A stretch of DNA of 64,000 bases from a virus. The notes under the pieces are model-generated. The model worked only from the letters and a program-made list of their open reading frames with translations, did no database searches and was not told the DNA's origin. This document shows positions 1-9,549 of this stretch, one piece after another (position 1 is the stretch's first letter; each line of letters starts with the position of its first letter). The stretch covers positions 32,001-96,000 of IMG/VR virus record IMGVR_UViG_3300027917_000024; one strand, written 5' to 3'. The position numbers were made by a program, and so were the translations under genes.

Positions 1-2184
1 AATATGCTGAATCATGCAGAACCTGGACTATTAAATACAAGTAACCTATACAAAAATAACTCATACTCATATGCAAATGTGACCTGTCTTTCTGGTGATA
101 CATTAATTTCTACTACAGATGGGCTTGTACCTATAAAAAATCTTGTAGGAAAAACTATAAATTTAGTTACTGATTTGAGGACTATTAATTCGCAAGGTAC
201 ATTTATAGAGCGTGGTAGAGGAGTGTATTCTGGAAAACAACTATTATTTGAGGTAAAACTGTCCAATAAACAAATTCTTAAGGTGACACACGACCATGAA
301 GTAAGAACGATGAGAGGTTGGAAAAAGGTAAAAGATCTAAAAATAAACAAAGACTATTTACTGGTGCAAAATTCTATTTCTCAAAATTTTATTAGTAAAG
401 AAATAAATGAAGCTGAATATGATGATGGATTTATGGTAGGTTATTTAGTTGGGGATGGTTGGATAACATACCATAAAAACAATAAGAGTACTCAATACGG
501 ATTTGTATGTCATGAAGACGAAAAGAACATTATTGATTTTATTTATGAAAAAATCAATAGTATGACAAAGCGAGAAACTAATTGGAGAAGATCTTCTAAT
601 GGAGGAAAATCTTTTGAGTTAGTAACAACAGATAGTGTCATAAGACAATATTTCTCTAAATGGGGTTATGTAGACATTACAAATAAATATGGGTACACAT
701 CAGGGACCAAAAAAAGTAGTAAGTTTATATCAGATGAGGTGTTAACTTCTTCTCCATCTTTTAAACGAGGTTTTATATCTGGCCTATTTTCCGCAGATGG
801 ACATATTTGCACTTACAAAAAAAGTAAGTGTTCTAGGATTCAATTGACTACCGCAAAAAGGGATACAGCACAAAGACTCCAAATAATGTTAAATGAGTTT
901 GGCATCCCAACGAGTATAGGCTCTGGGATAACTAAACTGAATGGAAAATTACATACATGTTATAATGTAACAACATCAGGATTTTTGGCAACTATGGCTT
1001 TTAAAAGTCATATTGGTTTGAAATATAGTATAAAACAAAAAGAATTGAATTTAGTTACACCGGAAACATGTACAGATTGGACTACCAAATTTTATGGTGC
1101 TTATCTTGTAAAAAGCGTTAAAGAATTAGAAGTAGAAGATGTTTATGATATTCAAGCTGATGTTACCCACTCACTTATTGCAAACGGAATAGTTGTCCAT
1201 AATTGCACCAACCCATGCGGAGAATTGCCCCTCGAACCTTACTCGGCTTGCTGCTTAGGTTCCCTTATTCTTCCTAAATATATTAGCGAAGGAGGGAAAG
1301 TTCATTGGAAAAAGTTAGAAGACACCATCAAACTGGCTATAAGATTCCTAGATAATGTGATTGACGTGACAAGATATGAATTAAAACAAGTTGATATAGC
1401 TGCACACAGGTCAAGAAGAGTCGGTTTAGGAGGCGCAGGACTAGCCGAATTCCTTTTCGCTAAGAAAGTAAGATACGGAACAGAAGAATCTATATCAGAA
1501 ATAGAACGCCTCGTTAAGTTTATCAGAAACGTTGCTTATCAGACCCTAGTTGAACTCTCTGTCGAAAAGGGCTCTTTCCCAGCATTTGATCCTATAGCAT
1601 ATGGTAAGGCATCTTTTGTTAGAAAACTCCCTGCATCACTACGGAGTGATATTAAAAAACATGGATCAAGGTGCGTTACTTCTTTATCATGGGCTCCGAC
1701 AGGAACTATCTCCTTATTACCAGAAGTCTCTAGTGGATGCGAGCCTCTCTTCGCCAGGGCTTATAAGAGGAAGGACAGAGTTGGCACTCGTATTTATATA
1801 CATCCAGTATATAGAAAATTAATAGAGGAGGGCAACCTTATCAAACAAAAGGAGCTCCCAGATTGGTTTGTAGATGCTTATGATTTAACGCCTCAAGATC
1901 ATCTAGAAGTCCAAAGCATCATTACTAAATACATTGATAGTGCAGTGAGCAAGACCATTAACCTACCAAAAGAAACTACCTCAGATCAATTAAGTTCACT
2001 CCTATTAGAGTATATCTACGACTTAAAAGGTGTAACAGTATACAGAGACGGATCCAGAGAAGGTCAAGTATTAAACAGAATTCCCCACGAAGAAACACTA
2101 AAAGCAGTCAAAGACGGTAAAATAATTGATGACGAAATTCCAGAAGAAGCAACAAAATGTGCATCGGGGAAATGTGATATCTAG
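1..2184 (+). CDS. nrdJ: Class II (adenosylcobalamin-dependent) ribonucleotide reductase, 5'-truncated by the window, intein-containing
   Basis: EPG, TNPCGELPL (thiyl Cys), CCLGS, RRVGLG, APTGTIS, SKTINLP and KGVTVYRDGS motifs. C-terminal CASGKC redox pair; no class I YY pair. The frame is open at the window start. Confidence 0.93.
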   Translation, partial: NMLNHAEPGLLNTSNLYKNNSYSYANVTCLSGDTLISTTDGLVPIKNLVGKTINLVTDLRTINSQGTFIERGRGVYSGKQLLFEVKLSNKQILKVTHDHEVRTMRGWKKVKDLKINKDYLLVQNSISQNFISKEINEAEYDDGFMVGYLVGDGWITYHKNNKSTQYGFVCHEDEKNIIDFIYEKINSMTKRETNWRRSSNGGKSFELVTTDSVIRQYFSKWGYVDITNKYGYTSGTKKSSKFISDEVLTSSPSFKRGFISGLFSADGHICTYKKSKCSRIQLTTAKRDTAQRLQIMLNEFGIPTSIGSGITKLNGKLHTCYNVTTSGFLATMAFKSHIGLKYSIKQKELNLVTPETCTDWTTKFYGAYLVKSVKELEVEDVYDIQADVTHSLIANGIVVHNCTNPCGELPLEPYSACCLGSLILPKYISEGGKVHWKKLEDTIKLAIRFLDNVIDVTRYELKQVDIAAHRSRRVGLGGAGLAEFLFAKKVRYGTEESISEIERLVKFIRNVAYQTLVELSVEKGSFPAFDPIAYGKASFVRKLPASLRSDIKKHGSRCVTSLSWAPTGTISLLPEVSSGCEPLFARAYKRKDRVGTRIYIHPVYRKLIEEGNLIKQKELPDWFVDAYDLTPQDHLEVQSIITKYIDSAVSKTINLPKETTSDQLSSLLLEYIYDLKGVTVYRDGSREGQVLNRIPHEETLKAVKDGKIIDDEIPEEATKCASGKCDI
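85..1203 (+). mobile_element. Intein (373 aa) with LAGLIDADG homing endonuclease in RNR
   Basis: Starts CLSGDT; block B THDH; ends VYDIQ...GIVVHN followed by Cys+1. DOD motifs GYLVGDG and GLFSADG. Removal gives NVT-CTNPCGE. Confidence 0.95.
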
Positions 2185-2186
2185 AC

Positions 2187-4643
2187 ATGATACAGATTGT
2201 AAAAACTAATACATATTCAAAGCTTGAGTTTATTCAAGAAAACCCACTTGATTTAGAGACTCACAAGAAGTGCGTAGCTGAGCTCCATCGTAGACTAGCC
2301 ATATTTGATCCTAATGCAAAATTCTCTGAAAAGTATAATTCGTTTAAGTCTAACGGCGAGCGTATTTGGGATGGCTATATTCGTTTCTTCAATACCAAGA
2401 ACTTCTCATTCCTTACAGGCCACCTCCCTTACGTTGAGAAAGTCCTTGATGGCCAAGAAGTTGAGTACGGAATCATTGATAAATGCTACCGGCCCAATGT
2501 TGATATAAGTCCTGTCTATGAACTAAAGGGAATTACATTAAGAGATTACCAGAAAAAGGGTGTCTATATCTGCACCAACAGAACTAATCGAGGAGTATTT
2601 TATCAAGCAACAAATTCTGGTAAAGGACATAGTTTAGATACACCTATACTTACTCCTACTGGGTGGCAAGAGATACAAAATTTAAAAGTAGGAGATTATA
2701 TTGTTGCTGCTGATGGATGCCCTACAAGAATTACTGGTTTATTTCCTAGAGGTAAACAGCAAACTTATACAATTACATTTAATGATCATACTTCTATTAT
2801 TTGTGATGCTGATCATTTATGGACAGTACAGACACCATACAGCAAAAAGAAACTATGGAATACCTTATCTACGAAAGAAATAATAAAGCGAAATAATAAA
2901 TTAGGTAAGAGAGCTTCACGCCTTAAAATACCTAATTGTTATCCTATCCAGTTTAACAGAAAAAAATTACTTTTGAAACCCTATGTTTTAGGAGTATTAT
3001 TAGGTAATGGAAGTCTTTGTTATACCACACCAAAATTAACTACTACAGATAAAGAAATAGTCAATGCAATATCAAGATATTACAAAGTGAATCCGATCAG
3101 TTCGAAAAACAGATGCCAAGGATATTCTATATTAGACATACACGATATTATCAAACAATTAGGACTAAACGATGTAAGGTCATGGACAAAATTTATACCA
3201 AAAGAGTATTTACTATCCGATATTGATGATAGATTGGCTATTCTTCAAGGACTAATGGATACAGATGGAACAGTATGTAAAAGTGGAAGGACAGTTAGTT
3301 TTAGTAGTACTTCAAAACAGTTAGTATGTGATGTTATGTATTTAGTTAGATCTTTAGGAGGAAAAGCTGTCTTAGGTAAACCGAGGCGTACAATTTATAC
3401 AATTAACGGCATAAAAAAACAAGGACGAGAAAGCTATCGAGTATATATTAAATTAATTTATGATAATCTTATACCTTTTAGGTTGGCTAGGAAAAAAGTT
3501 CGATACTATAACCATACGCATAAAAAACATAGCTATAAAACTATTGTAGGTATAAAGGATGCAGGAATACAAGAAACTATTTGTATTTCAATCAATCACC
3601 CATCTGGCTTATATGTAGCTAAAGATTTTATAGTGACACACAATACAATCCAGGCAATTGCTACTTGCGAATCCATCCCTGTGAACACTCTTTTTCTAGT
3701 GGATCGAGTAGAGCTTCTAGACCAGGCGTATAAAAAGTTCAAGAAGCATGGGTCCAGAGAAGTTGGAGTCATTACACCACAGGAATTTGAGCCTAGGGAA
3801 GTAACCATCGGACTGCAACGAACCATCTGGAGTAGGCTTAGAAATCAATATACTAGGGATGAATATACAAATTATTTGAAATCGGTAGAAATGCTGTTCG
3901 TCGATGAAGTACATAAGTCAACTTCTTCTACCTGGAAATATGTACTTAGGCATATGCATCACGCTTACTATCGGTACGGCCTATCTGGTACTCCTCTGTT
4001 AGAAGATGCCATTCGAAATATGCTCCTTGTTGGTTTTATTGGTAGGATTGTACAGAAAATTAGCAATCAATATCTAATTGAAAATGGATATTCTGCAAAG
4101 CCTTTAATTAACATTGTAAAACGTGAGGCGGAGAGGATTTCCAGTACTCTTGATTACATTGAGGTATACAGAATAGGGATAACAGAGAATGCTACAAGAA
4201 ACGCTCAAATTATAGATCTAATCAAAAAGCATAGTGGGGAAACCATTCTTGTAATAGTAAAACATTTAGAGCACGGTAGGATCATAAAAAGTTCCATAGA
4301 AAAAGAGAAAGGGTATTTTGTATCGGGACAGGATAGGAAGGCAGAACGTATTTCGATATATAATAAATTTAAAGATAAAAAGATCCCAATCGTAATTGCA
4401 ACCATGATCTACAAAGAAGGAATAGACATCAGTGCTATTGATGTTCTTATATATGCAGCTGGCGAGAAGGCACCTGTTACAATATTACAGGTTCTTGGAA
4501 GGGGACTAAGAGCAAGGGAGGATAAGAAGTTTTTAAAATATTATGACTTTGAAGATAAAGGGCATCGCCATTTGAGCAGCCATACAAGAAAAAGGATCAA
4601 GATCTACAAGAGAGAGAATTTCTTAATTGAATACATAAGATAG
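2187..4643 (+). CDS. Superfamily 2 (UvsW/Res-like) DNA helicase, intein-containing
   Basis: LRDYQ Q-motif, spliced Walker A TNSGK/T, DEVH, SGT, EGID and QVLGRGLR motifs. Confidence 0.92.
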   Translation: MIQIVKTNTYSKLEFIQENPLDLETHKKCVAELHRRLAIFDPNAKFSEKYNSFKSNGERIWDGYIRFFNTKNFSFLTGHLPYVEKVLDGQEVEYGIIDKCYRPNVDISPVYELKGITLRDYQKKGVYICTNRTNRGVFYQATNSGKGHSLDTPILTPTGWQEIQNLKVGDYIVAADGCPTRITGLFPRGKQQTYTITFNDHTSIICDADHLWTVQTPYSKKKLWNTLSTKEIIKRNNKLGKRASRLKIPNCYPIQFNRKKLLLKPYVLGVLLGNGSLCYTTPKLTTTDKEIVNAISRYYKVNPISSKNRCQGYSILDIHDIIKQLGLNDVRSWTKFIPKEYLLSDIDDRLAILQGLMDTDGTVCKSGRTVSFSSTSKQLVCDVMYLVRSLGGKAVLGKPRRTIYTINGIKKQGRESYRVYIKLIYDNLIPFRLARKKVRYYNHTHKKHSYKTIVGIKDAGIQETICISINHPSGLYVAKDFIVTHNTIQAIATCESIPVNTLFLVDRVELLDQAYKKFKKHGSREVGVITPQEFEPREVTIGLQRTIWSRLRNQYTRDEYTNYLKSVEMLFVDEVHKSTSSTWKYVLRHMHHAYYRYGLSGTPLLEDAIRNMLLVGFIGRIVQKISNQYLIENGYSAKPLINIVKREAERISSTLDYIEVYRIGITENATRNAQIIDLIKKHSGETILVIVKHLEHGRIIKSSIEKEKGYFVSGQDRKAERISIYNKFKDKKIPIVIATMIYKEGIDISAIDVLIYAAGEKAPVTILQVLGRGLRAREDKKFLKYYDFEDKGHRHLSSHTRKRIKIYKRENFLIEYIR
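2625..3644 (+). mobile_element. Class 3 (WCT) intein, 340 aa, starting with Gly, with LAGLIDADG domain
   Basis: Inserted at Walker A GK|T. Starts GHSLDTPILTPTGW; block B DADHLW (W), block F TICISI (C), block G VTHN (T). DOD motifs GVLLGNG and GLMDTDG. Confidence 0.9.
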
Positions 4644-4659
4644 AATACTGAGAGGTATC

Positions 4660-5514
4660 ATGACAGAGATACCTGATTTTGTTAGAATGGAAGATTATGT
4701 AGAAAGGGCTAATGGAACTTATACTCGGTATTCCACACCTGAACTAAATCTTCGGATCCGACAGATGATTGAGATGTTAGGCCTTGATCCAAAAGATGGG
4801 GAGATGAAGAAGAAGATATGGAGTGACAGAACACAAGAAAGAATCATAAGCCATTTACTTTCATATGCTATACAAGAAAAAAAAGTAGATTATACTCACA
4901 CATGGTACAAATGGTTAAAGAATAAAATAAACGAATTTCATTACAGATATACAAAACATCAGCTTATACATAAAGATACTATCGATGCGTACAAAAAACT
5001 ATTCAGATTATACCTATTTATTACAACAGAGACAGGCGTATTAAAGGCAGAAGATAAAGGCAAGGAATTAAATTACTATATAGCAGCGCAATATAGTGCC
5101 AGGTACAGTCCAGTGAAAGGCTTATTGACTAAATTTACAGTTGATACATTTTTATTCAATCGTAATATCCTTTACTACAGGGATTTTAAAAAGAACGGGT
5201 TTCCCCCAACACTCATCATACCAGGACCAAAGCTCCTATACCACCCCAAAGAAACCAATGAACACAAACGTAGACTTCGTAACCTACCTGATATAAAATG
5301 TACTCCATTTCTTGACATCACCCTTCCTATCTTAAACCTCAGAATACCAGCACTTACCAGGAAGACAAACGATTGGCTCCATCATTACCTCCGTTCCATC
5401 GAGCTCATGATGATTCGAGAAAGATTGCTTGCTCGACCTTACAATCGCTTTCTTCTATCTGTTGAGCATTTGAGAGTATACAAGGAGATAATGAGTCGTG
5501 CAAGTACAAAGTAA
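4660..5514 (+). CDS. Hypothetical protein (284 aa)
   Basis: Long ORF with GAGG RBS, packed between the helicase and primase genes; no motif recognised. Confidence 0.75.
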   Translation: MTEIPDFVRMEDYVERANGTYTRYSTPELNLRIRQMIEMLGLDPKDGEMKKKIWSDRTQERIISHLLSYAIQEKKVDYTHTWYKWLKNKINEFHYRYTKHQLIHKDTIDAYKKLFRLYLFITTETGVLKAEDKGKELNYYIAAQYSARYSPVKGLLTKFTVDTFLFNRNILYYRDFKKNGFPPTLIIPGPKLLYHPKETNEHKRRLRNLPDIKCTPFLDITLPILNLRIPALTRKTNDWLHHYLRSIELMMIRERLLARPYNRFLLSVEHLRVYKEIMSRASTK

Positions 5515-8500
5515 AAGCCAAACTATTCTCGAAGACATTTATAGTTCTTTAAGATCACGAAGTACTGAATATAAAGTAGATAATGCTAATGAAAATCTTA
5601 TCTTAAAAACATGTCCGATATGTCAAGATACTGGAGATCATTTTTATTTAGGAATTGCGACAAAAAATTTAGGGCTATGGAATTGTTTTAAATGTAGACA
5701 AGGGGGAAGTTGGAATAAACTCAAAAGGCATATAGTAGGGGAAGAGGGTTGTTTTATTGATACTCCCTTTCATGCCAAGCCAAAGATTAATGTAGAACAA
5801 GGAGCATCCAAAACAGTAACGGCACATAACAGATTACTTTCTGATTCTGACACAATGAGTTGGCTATATAACAGGAACATTAAAATAGATTCAATACAAA
5901 AATACAAGCTAGGTGTAAAAACTATAGAGCATCCTAAATCAAAAGAAATAATAAAATACCTTACTATCCCGTTTATCTTCAAAGAGCAACTCGTAGACAT
6001 CAAATACCGTAGCCTACCCCCAGCGAAGAAATCCTTTTATCGAACTCCTGGTGGGATGAGTATACTATATAACTATGATAACATCGATCATTCTCTTAAC
6101 TACATTTATATATGTGAAGGGGAGTTAGATGCAATAAGTTTAGCTCAAGAAGGGGAATCTAATATCGTTTCTATTACAGTGGGAGCGAAATCTTTTATAC
6201 CAGAATGGTTTGACCTATTAAGAGAGTTCAAAATCATATATTTAGTTATGGATAATGATGCGGCGGGGCAGGAAGGCGCAAAGATTATTGCAAACAGATT
6301 AGGTAGGGATAGATGCTACAATATTCTTCTACCAAAAGAAGTAGATCCAAAAACAAAAAAGCCTAAAATAAAAGACCTCAATGATTATTTTAGATACCAC
6401 GACATTAGTGATTTTAAGACTTTAACCTTACGAGCCACCCAATTTACGATTGATACCATATACTCTATTGAAAATGTTATCAGCAATCTTGAATCTCAGT
6501 TCAAGGACAAAGGAGAACTCATTGAAGGGTTAGCTACGCCTTGGGAGAGCCTGAATAGTAAAATGGGACCAATTGCAAGGGGGGATTTGATCTATCTAAG
6601 TGGGAAGCCAAAGACTGGTAAGTGTGTTGAAAAGTCTACAAAGATATGTACTCATAAAGGATTAATAAGTATCGAAGAAATGTTTAGCTATTATGGTATT
6701 TCTCTAGATAATGATGAAAGAGTTGAAGATATCAGTAGTAAAAAAATATTTGTAGATACTAGCAATGGTAGGAGACAAATCACACATTTTACTATTAATG
6801 GGAGGAGAGAATTATTAGAAATCAGAACTAAGTTAGGACTATCAATTAAAGTAACCAAGAACCATCCACTTCGAGTAATGGGAATGACAGGAAAATTAAA
6901 GTGGGTAGCTGCTAAAGATCTCAGGGTCAAAGATAGATTGGTAGTTAGTAGATCTATAAGTGAAGGGGGAGCAGTAGATCTAATTACAAGAGAGGAAGCA
7001 AGATTCATTGGATACCTTATTGCTGACGGATGTTTATCTGTCTCCAATCGAATCCTATTTTCTAACTCAAATCAGGATGTAATAAACGACTACAAAAGCT
7101 GTGTTTATACTATAGATCAAGAATTAGAAGTGGAACATTATCCCCAAAAAAATTCGAATGGTGTTGAACAGCATATAAATTCCAAACGTTTCAGAGAATT
7201 CATTAGGTCTGCCTATACTTTAGATTATGTAAAAGCTGCCGATAAAGTGGTACCACTATTAATACGGACAAGTTCTAATATTATATGGAAGGAATTCTTG
7301 TCTGCGTATTTTGAATGCAAATCATATATTAATATCTCTCGTAATTGTATAGAAGTTACATCTTCCTCCAAGGAATTAATAGATACGATACAACTCATGT
7401 TACTCAGTTTGGGAATCGTGTCTCGACAGCGTATGAAAAAGGTTAAAGGGTATGACCAACCATATTATGAACTAGTACTACCTTTTGATGAAGCCATTAA
7501 ATTTATTCAGAGGATTGGATATATAAGTAAAGAGCAAAAAGATAAAATAGATATATTACTGCGAAATAGTAAAATTAAAAGAAATAAATCTAATGACACA
7601 GTACCATTCCAGAGAGAGCACTTTTTATACATTCAAGATAATTATTCTACTGATGGAGAATGGAACCATCTCGCAAATAAAATAGTTCGTGGAGTCAGAG
7701 ATCCATCACATGCATTATTAGAACGGATTATAAATTATATTGACCGTAGAGAATGGGACATACCAATATGTACATACTGGAAAAGTATTAGGAATATGTA
7801 TTTTGACTCGATAACATCAATCGAAAATATTGGTGAGAAAGAAACCTATGACATTGTGCAGCCAGAAACCAACGAATTTATTGGTAATGGTATAATTAAT
7901 CACAATACTACTCTTGCTCTTAATCTCTGTTATTATTTTTCTTACATTAAAAAAATACCATCCCTGCTATTTTGTTTAGAGATGCCACCAGAAAGATTAA
8001 CAGCAAAACTTATATGTCGCCATAGACTGGCTGCTCATAAGGAAATTGCTCTGGATGATATATATCTAACTCGTGCGGATTTTCTGGATCCCAACAACGG
8101 AGATGTACAGTTATACTTTGGCTATACTGCAGATCCACACTATTTAAATATAGATGCAATGTTTAAAGTGTTCGAAGTAGCAACAAGAAAGTATGGAATA
8201 GAATTTTTAGTATTTGATAACTTACAATTTTTAAGTAGGAATCTTGAACATACCGCTCAAGAAATTGCCATGATTAGTCGGCAATTCAAAATTATGGCAA
8301 TGAATTTCAACATACGAATCATGGTGGTGGTACAACCGAAAAGAATAAGCGAAGATGAGATTATGACTTCTGTTCATATGAAAGATTCTAGTGCTATGGA
8401 GGCGGATGCTGATTGTGTATTAATATGTCACAGAAAAAGTTTTGCAAAGGATATCTACACAGAGAAGGCAGATGATGAAACACTACTCAGTCCTATTATA

Positions 8501-8623
8501 ACACTTACAGTAGACAGAACCAGGTACGCACAAGGAGGATTTACAAGAATGTTTTTAGAGGGAGCAAAGAGCTACATAAGAGAAGCCACAGACAATGAGC
8601 TGGTACTAAATGGGAGCAGATAG
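5498..8623 (+). CDS. T7 gp4/Twinkle-like primase-helicase (Zn finger, TOPRIM, DnaB-like), intein-containing
   Basis: CPIC...CFKC Zn finger, EGELDA and DND TOPRIM motifs, spliced Walker A GKPKTGK/T, FDNLQ, EADAD. Confidence 0.93.
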   Translation: MQVQSKSQTILEDIYSSLRSRSTEYKVDNANENLILKTCPICQDTGDHFYLGIATKNLGLWNCFKCRQGGSWNKLKRHIVGEEGCFIDTPFHAKPKINVEQGASKTVTAHNRLLSDSDTMSWLYNRNIKIDSIQKYKLGVKTIEHPKSKEIIKYLTIPFIFKEQLVDIKYRSLPPAKKSFYRTPGGMSILYNYDNIDHSLNYIYICEGELDAISLAQEGESNIVSITVGAKSFIPEWFDLLREFKIIYLVMDNDAAGQEGAKIIANRLGRDRCYNILLPKEVDPKTKKPKIKDLNDYFRYHDISDFKTLTLRATQFTIDTIYSIENVISNLESQFKDKGELIEGLATPWESLNSKMGPIARGDLIYLSGKPKTGKCVEKSTKICTHKGLISIEEMFSYYGISLDNDERVEDISSKKIFVDTSNGRRQITHFTINGRRELLEIRTKLGLSIKVTKNHPLRVMGMTGKLKWVAAKDLRVKDRLVVSRSISEGGAVDLITREEARFIGYLIADGCLSVSNRILFSNSNQDVINDYKSCVYTIDQELEVEHYPQKNSNGVEQHINSKRFREFIRSAYTLDYVKAADKVVPLLIRTSSNIIWKEFLSAYFECKSYINISRNCIEVTSSSKELIDTIQLMLLSLGIVSRQRMKKVKGYDQPYYELVLPFDEAIKFIQRIGYISKEQKDKIDILLRNSKIKRNKSNDTVPFQREHFLYIQDNYSTDGEWNHLANKIVRGVRDPSHALLERIINYIDRREWDIPICTYWKSIRNMYFDSITSIENIGEKETYDIVQPETNEFIGNGIINHNTTLALNLCYYFSYIKKIPSLLFCLEMPPERLTAKLICRHRLAAHKEIALDDIYLTRADFLDPNNGDVQLYFGYTADPHYLNIDAMFKVFEVATRKYGIEFLVFDNLQFLSRNLEHTAQEIAMISRQFKIMAMNFNIRIMVVVQPKRISEDEIMTSVHMKDSSAMEADADCVLICHRKSFAKDIYTEKADDETLLSPIITLTVDRTRYAQGGFTRMFLEGAKSYIREATDNELVLNGSR
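6623..7906 (+). mobile_element. Intein (428 aa) in the helicase P-loop, with a probably degenerate LAGLIDADG domain
   Basis: GK|CVEKST...TKNHP...TYDI...IINHN|T. First DOD motif is GYLIADG; the second reads AYFECKS and lacks the DG. Confidence 0.93.
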
Positions 8624-8624
8624 G

Positions 8625-9176
8625 ATGGATCTTCATAGATTAGCACAACTAAATAATGCAATAGATAGTTATTTTACACTAGATGAGCTGAAATACATAA
8701 ACATAATGATACATAGCTACCAGAAACTAATCGATAAGGATCCTGCATATGAAACGGATGATTACATATCAGAACTCTTTCTCCTATTAGTTGAACTTAA
8801 AAGGAAAGGAGTACCTGATGAAGTTAGATCGAGGGCGAGATATTACTTACAATATTTAAAGACCTTGATGTTAGCAAGAGCACGAAGAACAAAAATAAGA
8901 AAAAAGATAGAAGAAGTCCTTCTCCAGTTACATTCTTCGAGTAGTAGTGGTAACAGGCATATAGATAATTTAAACTCTTTTGTTAAATTTCTTCTAAATG
9001 AAGGCGAGGATGAGCTGTTCTATATATTACTTATGACTATATCATCTGTTTTGAACGACAAGGAATCGAAGTTGGACAAATTGAATATATCTCGAATCTC
9101 TGCTGATCTGCCAATGCATTATCTAGAATATAGAAGACATATTGAAAAAATCAGGAGGCTTTATGAGCAAACGTAA
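8625..9176 (+). CDS. Hypothetical helical protein
   Basis: ORF coupled to the primase stop. ATG 8625 chosen over 8610. Confidence 0.7.
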   Translation: MDLHRLAQLNNAIDSYFTLDELKYINIMIHSYQKLIDKDPAYETDDYISELFLLLVELKRKGVPDEVRSRARYYLQYLKTLMLARARRTKIRKKIEEVLLQLHSSSSSGNRHIDNLNSFVKFLLNEGEDELFYILLMTISSVLNDKESKLDKLNISRISADLPMHYLEYRRHIEKIRRLYEQT

Positions 9177-9549
9177 ACTTGAAGATATGTTTGCAGAAAT
9201 TGATGAGCAAGAAGAAATCGAAAACATAGAAGAGCTAGTAAATGAGCTGTGGGATGTATACCACCGGTTCTCGGAATTATCGCACAGAGTCATGAGAGTA
9301 TTCAAAAGGTATATGCCAGGGAAGAATGAGCGTATCGGTTTGAGTAACTATATCCTCACACTCTTTGACAAGCATGAAAAACTGACTCGGCAGGATATCA
9401 TGGAGTATCTCATAATAGGTGATTTTGAATATACAATATCTTCAAAAAGTCTTACGGATAGCCTGTACTTTCTCTTAAAAACTAATAGGCTAATTCGGTA
9501 CAAAGATCCATCAACTGGAGAGCATTGTTATAAAAGGGGGAATGGATAA
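9163..9549 (+). CDS. Putative winged-helix DNA-binding protein
   Basis: AGGAGG at 9153-9158 precedes ATG 9163. The C-terminal LTRQDIMEYL...SLTDSLYFLLKTNRLIRY...YKR pattern is wHTH-like. Confidence 0.6.
   Translation: MSKRKLEDMFAEIDEQEEIENIEELVNELWDVYHRFSELSHRVMRVFKRYMPGKNERIGLSNYILTLFDKHEKLTRQDIMEYLIIGDFEYTISSKSLTDSLYFLLKTNRLIRYKDPSTGEHCYKRGNG

Noticed and set aside
8625-9176. Phage sigma factor
   Set aside because: Only a vague region-2-like DDYISE..L segment, with no convincing region 4 HTH. A profile search is needed.
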